The notes beneath the pieces are model-generated. The model was not told the origin of the DNA and made no database searches. It saw only the letters and a program-made list of their open reading frames with translations. Position numbers and translations under genes: made by a program. 64,000 nucleotides of DNA from Pavona decussata. Lineage: Eukaryota. Within the stretch, counting starts at the first letter, position 1. Every line of letters begins with the position of its first letter. The stretch covers positions 1,922,001-1,986,000 of the forward strand of contig CDRNST010000038.1 of the NCBI GenBank assembly GCA_977016875.1, given 5' to 3'. Of this stretch, positions 11,674-46,301 are shown piece after piece.

Positions 11674-14600
11674 CCAATAGGCCTTGCTAAGATCTGCTTT
11701 TCCCGCATAGTCATAAACCGCACAAAAATACTTCGATATTAGTAGGCACCGTCCTTAAGGCTAATTTAGACGGTACAACTTTTGCTTACGACTGTCGCAT
11801 GCGATTTCTAGAGCGCGCGCTGCTCGCGTCATGCAAAAAGTGGCACACAACTCCCGTCATTCAACGTTGCCTACACCTACGATTGTCGTAGGATTGTAAA
11901 ACCTTTTTTTTAAATCCTACGACAGTTTTTGTGACGTACACGACAGTCGTAAGCGAGTTGTAGGTTTGATTTACACGAAAAAATTCGTGCCGAAGGCCTG
12001 TTGTAAGCTTGTCGCATGCAACAAAGTCGTACCGTGCAAATCACCCTTTACCTTCCTTTCCTTCTCCTCCCTTCTCGCTCCGCGCTCTCTCAACGCGTGT
12101 ACAAACACGATGCCCCTCCTCCCTTAATCTTCCTAAGCGTCTTCCACGCAGGCTAGTTCTTGAACTCCATTATGTTATTTCTCATTAACCTACCTGCATT
12201 ATTCACGCAGTCGTAGTTGACATCTAGATACTTGTTCGAGTCCGGGCACGCGTCACCGAACATGTCATTGCTTGCAAACAGATCACAGTCCTCGTAGCCC
12301 TCGCATTCTCGCTTCACGGTCTCATACGCGCCTGGCGTGCGGCACGGACCAGACGGCACGGGATCGGACTCCTTTAGACAACCGACATTGCCGGTATCAC
12401 CATAGTCAGCATTTAAGATCCTTATTTTCTGTTCGGGCGGGCAGGAGATTTTTTGTCTCGAGTCTTTGCAAATGATCGCCCTCTGTGTGGGTGAGGAATA
12501 TGCACCGCTTGGACGACCTCATGAAAAAGCAAACAACAGTTATTAATCCCTAACTCACATTTATCTTGTCCGGATTAACTTGCTTTTTATCACATCAATT
12601 CTTTGCATCATTTTAATTATTGCTAACCATTTTAATCGCTAATTCTACTGGAATTTGAAACTGTTGTGTTCTTTTGTTGTTTACTTGTTTGTTTGTTTGT
12701 TTTGTAGACGGAGAACAACGGTAGAACTAGGGGTGACTGAGCAAGGAAGAGAGCCAATAGTAAACTCAACTAACAAGAGTACACAGAGTCCGAAATTTAA
12801 AGCCAGGAGACACACGTTTTTGGCGAACGTCTTTCGCTATCTGCCTCGTCCCCAGTTGCTCGCTCGAAATTGTAGCGGGTGCGCGGGGAAAGACGGGAAG
12901 GGGATATGCTCCCGGTTCGCGCTGGTTCCCATGCTCCGGCAGCTCGTATTCGCACTCATTCCCAACTCCCTTATAAAGAAGGGAGGGGACTGTGGACGAG
13001 GCAGTTTCGCTATAACAACTAAACTGCTCCCCAAACCACTCCCCTGAGTACCCTTTTTAAGTAAGTTTTAGAAGAAACTCAACCGAAATTATGAAAAGAA
13101 ATTTCAAAAGACCTACAGATGTAACTTGCCAATTGATCGCTACTGACCTCACTGATTAAATACTTACTATGTGATAAATAAGATAGCGCTTGTTCCGCCT
13201 GTTGATCAGCAGCATAATTGGCTTGAGTGGCTCCTATCAGAGTTTCGTCAGGAGGTGGTGTATCATAATCATCTTCGGATTCACTCGTTTGTTTGTCGTT
13301 GGACACTGCAGTCGTCTCAGTGTCCACTGGTGGTGGGGTTTCTATATCCACATCGTTTTCAGCTTCAGCAGCTTGCGGTTGGTTTTGTTCTTGCTGCGTG
13401 GTGCTATCTTCTTTTGGCGGTTCGCTCTCGTCATTTGAAGACGAAGTATCTTTGGCTTGAGTGACACTTGCTTCTTTATTTTTAGAACTCTCGTCCTGAG
13501 AAAATAAACTTTCTTTCGCCTCTGCATTGCTCTTCGCTCCCTGTGGCTCGGTTTCTTGCTTCTGAGCCTCGTTCGCATCCTTCGAAGCTTTAGTATCTTT
13601 GCTCTGTGATTCGCTTTCAGGGGCCGCTGATTGGCTACCAGACGCTTCTACGTCACTCACCTCTTGCCCACTAGATTCCAGCTCCCCACTTGAAGCGGCC
13701 AGAGCTTCTTTGACGTCATTGTCAGTTATAGTGATATCATTGTCATTTTCATCTGAAAATGAATGGTCACTATTGATGTCTTCATCTGCGTCATCATCGT
13801 CGTCGTTACCAGACCCCTCGGAGTCACTATCCATGGTATCTGTACAAGAGAAAAGCGTGTAGAATATTAGAAAGTATATCCACCAATAGCAATCTTATCA
13901 TCGGGCTAAACATTAAATAAGAAGTTTGTTTGATTACTCTAGCAAGGATTTTACTTCGTTAGATGAATTGTTAACGTTAGCCTGAGCAATTATATGCTGC
14001 TTTTTGAAGGCCTACGTTGCTCGAAGTTAAAATGATTTAACATGCTTTTCTCCGAGTTTACTACAATTTGTTGTTGTTTGGTTCCTGTAACATGTTAGGG
14101 AACTGAAACACTTGTTACGAAGTCGTTTAAGTCTTAAAAGCGTTTCTTGTTCTGGCTTTCTCAGAACGGAAAGGAAACGAATGGAATGTAACGTAATCCC
14201 CAATTGTTACGTTGTGGTAGTTGTTGTTGTTGTTGTTGATGACAATGCCGTTGTGCTGATTCTTTCGTAGTGGAGTTTGTTGTTACAACTCTCGTTGTTT
14301 TTGTGTTACGTGATTATTTTTATCCATGTGGTTGTTGTTGTTGTTGTTGTTGTTGTTGCTGTGGTTGCTTCTGCTCTGCTATGGTTGAGTTTGTTGTTAC
14401 AACTGTCGTTTTTTTTTGTGTTTCTTGATTATTTTTATTTATGTGGTTGTTGTTGTTGTTGCTGCTGTGGCTGCTTCTGCTGTTGTTATGTTTGTTGTTA
14501 CAGCTGTCGTTGTTGTGTTTGGTGTTTTTATTAATGTGGTTGTTGTTGTTGTTGTTTAGCTTTGTTTTTGTTACTGCTAGTGTCGTTGCTTCTGCCCATA

Positions 14601-17600
14601 TGAAGCAGTCCTTGTTACCTTTCCTGATCAATCAACGTCATTTTCTGATCTATGAACCCACGACAATCTTTGTTCTACTTTCCGTTCGTTCCATGAGTAG
14701 CCACGTCTGTTGTTCTCTAGTGCATCTACAGCGACCATTCTCTGAAAGTGCTGTCTTAATTACCGGTAGATATTAAATAGAAGTAAAGTGTCCTCCTGAC
14801 GTTTTTCCTGCAGTTGTTTGTTTAGTGTCCATCTTTCCGCTAGCCATTGTCTGAGTTGTCAGTTTAAAGAGTTTTTAGAGCATGTGTTTGTTTTAACAAG
14901 AAGTCTGTACGCTGTTAGTCTTTGTCTGAATTCTCCCCTCTGTTGTAGCGTCATAAAGAGCTTGCCCTTCGTTACTTTTTCCTGCAGGGAAAACACAACT
15001 ACGATGAGACCACGTGAAAAAGAAAATATGTGAAAATGGTTTTGCTTTGAATCTTCTTTCTTAATCCTCCAGGATCAGTTCACTTGTTTCCTAAACTTTT
15101 TCATCGTTCCTTTTTTTTTTTTTTTGCAAACAAAAATTAATACTTTTGCATCCTGTCAAATTTCGTCAGTTATTTAATTTTAGAGCTTTGTTATTCTCGA
15201 TTTTATTAACCGTTCCTGAGAATACTGCTGGGTTTTTTGCGTTTTAATCAACTTCTTACCTAGCGTTATGTTTTCCACTCCTTGCATTCTGTTAAATTTT
15301 CTCAGTTATTTAATTTTAGAGCTTCATTTTTTTTTATTTTTTAACCGTCCCTGAGAATGTTGTTGGTTTTCTTTTGGTAGTTGTTTTATAATCAACGTCT
15401 TGCCAAGCGTCACGTTTTCCACTCACCTTCCCCGATTAATCCCGCGAAGTACATGGCTGATTTGTAGATATCAATAGCCTGTTGTCTAGTCAAGTTCATC
15501 GGAAGACCTGGTGCTGGAAAAACAGGCGGCTTATTATTCGTGCCAGCTAACATAAACGCTACATCAGAAGCGCCTCCAAGCAAACCGGGATTCATAAACC
15601 CTTCGTCAACGCCACTTCCGCTTCCACTTAGTACCTGCGGTTCTTGAAAGTCAGCGGTGGTTTCCATGTCAACAGGTTCGGCAAAACCGGAACCGGAAGC
15701 GGAACCGAAACCAGAGCCGGAGCCGAAGTTCTCGGCTGCAGTTTCATCCGATGACAGGGCCTGGTACGAAGGCAGTGCGCTTGTCGTTTCATCTTGTATA
15801 GTGTTAGATGTGGTATAAGCCGTATCTTCGGGATTTTCATTGTATATATCGCTGGCGTCATTGTCTTTGAAGTCGTTCGCTAGTGGAACTTGGTCACGTG
15901 CTTTATTAATAGCGGAGTAGCTTTGTTGTCCTGGTTGCAACATTCCCGGATAACCAGCTTGGTAACCGGACCTTGTTTGGTAACCAAGTCCCCCTGGTTG
16001 ATCATGAAAGTTCGGGTAACCTGCATAAGCCTGTTGGTAGTTAAATGGCCTGTTACCCGCACGTCGATAATTTTGATACCAAGGTGTACTTTGGCTTGGA
16101 GTAAAAATGTCTGATTTCTTAAAGCCTGGATATTGGGTCATATATCTTCTTAAAGTGTTGACACTTCCAATGCCGTAGCTGGACTTTCCTGATTGGCTAT
16201 AATCTGGAGAATTTTGGCGGTAAATTGTATTTTTCCTATCGTATGCTAATGGCTGACGGTAAACATTTGTGTACATGCCACTTTGGTCCTCATGAAGTGT
16301 AGGACTGGCGTTGAAAGAACTTGGAAACACCGAAGCACCAGTTTTCCCCGTGCTTGTCGCCAAGTTAGGAACTTGTGAGCCTCCTTTCTGTGACTTTTCC
16401 GCCACAAGCTGGATTCCTGCCATTGAATTTCTTGCCAATGGGTTTGTTCTCAGTAGAGTCGTTGCCTGCATGTTGTCCGTCACTGGATTTCCCGCCGGCC
16501 TTTTTCCCGCCATTACGTTACTTGGGTTGCCCAGCGTAAGGTTTCCCGCCCGTGAGTTGCCCACCAATGAGTTTTTCACCGATTGGTTTCCCGCCATTTC
16601 TTTCCACGTTGGCCGATTTCGTACCAGCGAATTTCCCGCCATTTGATTCCACGACGATTGGTTTACTGTCGCTGGCTGGTTTCCCGCCATTTCTTTCCAC
16701 ATTGGCCGATTTCGTACCAGTGAATTTCCCGCCATTTGATTCCACGACGATTGGTTTACTGTTGCGGGCTGGCTTCTCACCAACGAGTTTCCTCCGGGTA
16801 AATTTACCGGCACAGCGTTCAATGTTGGTGGATTCCAAGCATATGGAGCCGCCATTGGAACAAAAGACCGCCGGTTGTTTTGTTCGCTTGTCTGATTCAT
16901 TTGAGATGAGTTCGACTGATTCCGTGACGGAACTATCGTGTCATTCACACCAGATGTGTTTCGAGCCACTGAATTCTCAGTAATCGTCTTACCAAAGGTT
17001 TTCTTCGAAACAAATGATCTCCGAATGTTTTGATCATCATCCTGATTTGGTTGAGACAAGTTCTGTAATCTCTGAGTTATTAGGTCGTAAATACCTTTAA
17101 ATTTGTCATTAGTTTTGTCTGCGAAAACAAATAAATTCTTTCATATATTACTGAATAGTTCACATACTGTTTTACTTTAAATTCACGGCAAACTAGTTAC
17201 GGAAACACGTTTTGCCGAAATCTTTGCGCACACAAATTTGTTTGGGGAAGCAAAATGTTCCTGAAAACGTTCAATGATGTTTTTCCTTCTCGAAAACAAA
17301 TTGCTTCCCCCAACAAATGTTGCGTGTACAAGTGCACTGAACAATCTTTAGCTAAACAATAGGAAAACAACGAAATTCACAGCTTAATTCCTTGGCGTTC
17401 TCCTCCTCACGAAGTACGCGTAAGGGACTGGGAATGGCTCGCGCTAACGCGTTCCCAGAGTGCACCATTCGGTGACGTCATGAGTTTAGGAAACCCCTGG
17501 GAACTGGGCTATGGAATAAAAAATATTTTCTCATTTGTGGCCTGGGCTGATATCGATAACAAAGTAACTAATATCGTTCACGTATGAGCGTATATATATT

Positions 17601-18639
17601 TTTAACGGTATAGTAGACATTTTTTGTTAGATAGACAGAACGATTAAGGAAAAAATGTAATAGGAACCTTTCCATTCGAGCACATGTCAACGACGAAAAC
17701 CGACATCTTCTCCACAAATAAGAAGAAAAAAAATTTCACTGAACTGAATCTCAAACGGAATTCCCAAATACTCTTCCGAAGAATCAGACGCATTTTAGAA
17801 ACACAAAAGTCGAAATGAGAACATCAGTAAGTAAAATCCTTCAATTGTTGCCTCCTTTCAGTTCCCAGATCGTTTTCTGTCCTTTTATAAGACATGTTTG
17901 TCTAAACTAGCATAGTTTGACCTGCTCGGATGCTACATGTATAGCTGACAATATAAGTCGCAGAAAGTTTTAGGAGACGGAATCTTATTCCCCGAATTTA
18001 CGAGCTGTTGTTGGTTCTAAAAAAAATGCTAGCTGACCGTTTTTCGCAGTTTTTACGTCACGTTTTCCCCTAAGAAAACAATTAAAAGGAATAAGTTTTC
18101 AAGTGATACGAAATTTTAAGCTGACATTTTGCTGAATAAAACTTTAGATTTTCTTTACTACTGTATCAGAATTCCTGAGGCGATTAAAGGCCTTCTGAAC
18201 AGATATCCACCGAAATGAACCATTGGGTTGCACAGATGTCTGAATATTACTTTGCCCTGCCAAGTCCTGTTTAAAGTGTTTTGTCAACGAATGTTTTTTT
18301 TTTTTGTTTTTTTATTTCTCCTGTTAATTAAATGGGAACTGCTTGAGGTCAACTATGCCTCATAATGGAGAGGGAAAGGTGATCAAAACCTGACCTTTAC
18401 TGTTAAAATTTTAACGGTACTGACTTTTGTGAAAATGGCCTTTATGACAAAATACAAAAACTGTTTAACGGTGTGATAAGAGCTATGCCAGCATAGCGAT
18501 ATTATGTAAACATACAAATGCACGCTGTTATACGCTTACCTCCTTCGATTGGCATGGCAAAGGACGGTCGAACATCGACAACCAAAATTGAACATCCTAG
18601 GACAAGGCTTAACGCCACAATGAATCGCAGACTATACAT
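6477..18639 (-). CDS. Uncharacterised secreted ~1134-aa mosaic protein with a SUEL (galactose/rhamnose-binding-type) lectin domain, acidic Ser-Gly regions, Pro-rich linker and Cys-rich module
   Basis: Coding exons 18639-18540 (MYSLRFIVALSLVLGCSILVVDVRPSFA|MPIEG signal peptide), 17118-15427, 13839-13168, 12517-12194, 8268-8194, 7541-7320, 6796-6477. All introns are GT-AG and phase 1; the total of 3405 nt is open. Probable non-coding exon ending at 19042 (AAG|gtaagg). AATAAA on the - strand at 5198-5193. Confidence 0.78.
8297..8545 (-). mobile_element. tRNA-derived SINE, copy A
   Basis: The reverse strand has an A-box (ggtggcgcagtggtgag), a B-box (ggttcgattcc), a core (ctccgagtactccggtttt) and an (attt)n tail. 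Confidence 0.8.
9135..9414 (+). mobile_element. tRNA-derived SINE, copy B (same head and core, different tail)
   Basis: ggggagcaggggtggcgcagtggtgagagcac..ggtttgattcccgg head, gggtactccggttttt core, (gattt)n tail. Confidence 0.85.
11362..11754. mobile_element. TTAA-flanked MITE (Kolobok/piggyBac-type target); degenerate relative at ~22120-22460
   Basis: ttaa|ggacggtgcctacta ... tagtaggcaccgtcc|ttaa. Confidence 0.85.
11759..12048. mobile_element. MITE with imperfect TIRs (Harbinger-like), abutting the TTAA MITE
   Basis: ggctaatttagacggtacaacttt ... aaagtcgtaccgtgcaaatcaccc. Confidence 0.65.
12194..12517 (-). other. SUEL/Gal_lectin (rhamnose-binding-lectin fold) domain exon of the secreted protein
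   Basis: Translation RAIICKDSRQKISCPPEQKIRILNADYGDTGNVGC...C...VKRECEGYEDCDLFASNDMFGDACPDSNKYLDVNYDC matches the 8-Cys SUEL pattern (AxYGx ... FGDxCxxxxKYLxVxYxC). Confidence 0.9.
14205..14595. repeat. Compound (GTT)n microsatellite with a ~115-bp internal duplication
   Basis: Several (gtt)n/(gct)n runs. gagtttgttgttacaact..gattattttta..atgtggttgttg occurs at ~14273 and ~14387. Confidence 0.85.
16584..16770 (-). repeat. Coding tandem duplication, 2 x 93 bp (31 aa)
   Basis: QPATVNQSSWNQMAGNSLVRNRP(M/T)WKEMAGN twice, within a looser xAGN-repeat region. Confidence 0.9.
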
Positions 18640-19179
18640 TACACAGTAATTCCACTAATAGACTTGCTACACAGTAGTTGAAAAAGAATTGGTAAACCTG
18701 CAACGAAAATAAAACTCGTTAACACATCGACAGGTGAAAGTAAAACAGCTAGGTTTACATCCCCGCAAAACTTATGAATCAAACTAACGAAAGATGGATC
18801 TAAATCTGTTACCATCGGACGTCTAAAATGTCGTGAAATGAATTTAATAAGAAAGACATAAATTTCTTCTTGTAAGCTGAGACAAAAAGTTCGACCAAGT
18901 AAATCATAGTTTGAAAACAGAGGTCATTGAAGCGTACGCTCTAGGGTGTAATAATCAACTGGTACGCTTCTGCCAAAACGCAGCTAAGCCCCTTTTTTCG
19001 CTCAAATGAAAAGCATGAAAAACATCATTTGACAACCTTACCTTTTATCGAGGTTCCTGAGTCCAAATTTCGCTGAAAACAACTTATTTTCACTTATAAC
19101 ATTTTATTTTCGATAAAGCTAAAAAACGACAGAATGCTTGAAAGCACTACGGAAAAATAACTGATTTAATCTCTGCTGG

Positions 19180-19290
19180 TGCCATGGGCGGGCGGACCAA
19201 ACAGTGACATAATTGCAGAGTTATTCCAGTTATTACGCGTCTTGCGATTGGTTGATTTTGACGAGGGGTGGCCAATCCATTGACACTTTG
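19180..19290 (-). promoter_or_regulatory. Candidate promoter of the secreted lectin-domain gene
   Basis: GC box (gggcgggcgg ~19186) and CCAAT boxes (gattgg ~19245, gccaat ~19271) lie just upstream of the putative non-coding exon ending at 19042. Confidence 0.35.
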
Positions 19291-21407
19291 TTTGAGTGGA
19301 AACGGATCGCGTTTTGATTTTCTCGCTTGATTTCTCGTCCTAATATAATATTTGTGGGTGGCAAAAAGGATTTAAGAAGGTATTTACGAAGTAATTAAGT
19401 GTTTTGTGAGCTTCTCAAGCGTTTCATAGATTAACTCGTTCAAGGTAACTAGATTACGAAGTTGAACTTTCTAGATGAGTGAATATTCAACGAAGCGCAA
19501 CTAGTTGAGTTGCAATTTAGACCTCGCATCTTAGTTGGGTGAGTGATTCAAGCCCCGAAAAACCTGACGATAACCACACAAATGACAATTCACTTTAGTT
19601 TGAGAGACAAATGGCCGGCTATAAAACAGTCAAAAAAGAATGCAGATTCGCTTCTTTTCTCTAAGTTTAATTGTATCCGTTGTGATTGAAATGCGACGAC
19701 GTACATGTACAACGGCGCCTTAAGTATCGAAAACGAGAAGTCTATAAATTGTTCCTCGCTTCGTGCACACTTATCCGGGTAAATTTCAAAACGTGTCTTT
19801 TATTTATTTATTTTTCGACCGGTTTGGCCTTCAGTCCACACTTGAACGGCTTTTTCGACTACCGAAAACGATGATTTTTGAAAACGCTCTCTTAAGTTGA
19901 CAAGATCGCGTTTCACACTCATCCAAATAAGAAAAGATGTGTTTTGAAGTGGATGAGTGTGAACGACGTCTTGGCCAATCTGGAGAGCGTTTTCAAAAAC
20001 CATCGTTTTGGCTGGCCGAAAATGCCTTTTAGTGTGGAATGAAGACCAAACGGAGTAAAAAAATGTTTTGAAATTTACCCGAATTAGAATTTATCTGGAT
20101 AGCACCTCAGTGGGCACCCAATTATAAATGATTGCAATCCAAAAATAGCAAAAAAAAACAAACAAACAAACAAACAAACAGCGAAAGATATTTCACTGTC
20201 CCAGGACATTGTGCACGAGATCGATGTGTATCAGCCGATCATAAAGATTCAGGCTCTAGTCAATCAGATTGACTATGACTGATTCAAGGAGCAAGAATGT
20301 CAAAAATTGTTATTTTTTGGCGTGTTCTCACAAGTTAGTTTAACCTGGTGTCCAGTAGTTTAAAAAACGCGTGCGAACTTAGTTCCTCGTTATGACGAGA
20401 ATGTGAATATTCTCCATCGACTGATTTTATTAATTCACTCAAGGAACAAGCACCGTGATAGACAAGCATGAAAATACACATCCTCCATTTGACACCTTTA
20501 AATAAATAATCAGAGTGAAGAGATGATTATCAAATTAAACCGATGAACCGTTATATCCTCATGTGATTCTCGCTAGTCAGGATTCTTTAAATTCTGCCGG
20601 CTTTGACTCAAAAAAACAAAAAAACAAAAAAGAAGTCACACTAGCCGGGTAGCATCGCCGAATAACTAAGAGTACGAAACAACTTGAAAGTTGGCTTTGA
20701 AATTCCAAAACGCCAGGCATTTTTTTGCGGACTCGTACCAAATCCCTCGGGTTGATTTCGTGCGAGGTAGGGTTGGCGCGAGTGAGTTAGGGCAAGAGAT
20801 TGTTGGAAGGAAGTACTTGATGAACAAAACAATTCTTCTGTACCATGCGTCCTGTGAGGAGCTTTTTAATAAAATACAAAGTAGAAAGACATTATTTACA
20901 AGCGAAAAGTAAACAAAGTTCAGAATGTAATGCTAATTCAATTATACTTCTACTGAGTCCTTGAATTTAGAAGAGCCGCTGACGTCGTCGGTCCGTTCGC
21001 CCGTGACATGGCCCGTGACATCTTACACATTCGTTACCTCGTCACGCAATCTGTCGCGCAATCCACCCTCTGTAAGGATTGCGTGACATACCGCAGAAAG
21101 AAACAGTTTTGTGAGACTTCAGTCTAAGACAGCGTGGTTCAACCAGTTATTTGCTACCCATGGGACAAGTTTCCTGGAGATAAATGTCTTTCCTTTTTTT
21201 TGCCAAAACTTTGCCCTCAAACCCGTCACATTTCCAATTCCCAGTGATTGCAAAACCGGACGATAACACAAGCACACTAAAACTATTCTTTCTTAAGCTG
21301 TAGGAAGAATATGCAGGGTCTTGTTAACTGCAAAGGAGGCTCACGTTCATTCATTCCATCCTCCAGTTTGAAACAAACAAATGAAGTACGGAGTAAAAAC
21401 TGCAGAG

Positions 21408-46016
<24,609 letters not shown>

Positions 46017-46301
46017 CTTGAAAACGTGCAAGCGAACGCTCGGATTAAGACTGGAACGAGACAATTTCGCTCGGATTGAATCTGGGACGAGTTTCTTTGG
46101 CTCATTCCCAGGCGTGCTCGAGTGATTGAGCCCTGTGTATTTAGGCAGCGGAGATACCCATGGAAAAAAGATTTCCAATATGGCGGATTGACTTGTTTCA
46201 TCCACGTGGGTTAAAAGGTTCGAGTTTTTCTTCGCGTTAAAAGTGTTATAGTTTAATGAAACAACGTGTGTGTTGTTTTTATGCTATAAAGAAGTGAAGC
46301 C
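46017..46301. promoter_or_regulatory. Bidirectional promoter and 5'UTRs shared by EFTUD2 and DHX37
   Basis: Only 285 bp separate the divergent ATGs. The stretch is CpG-rich, with a YY1-like aatATGGCGG at 46177-46186 and an E-box CACGTG at 46203-46208. Confidence 0.75.

Noticed and set aside
14277-14776. Poly-Gln/Asn/Leu/Val/Cys ORFs in several frames
   Set aside because: Translation products of a (GTT)n microsatellite in an intron.
15166-15424. ~130-bp tandem duplication next to the exon donor
   Set aside because: Real, but the duplicate lacks the GTGAGT donor, so no functional consequence is supportable.
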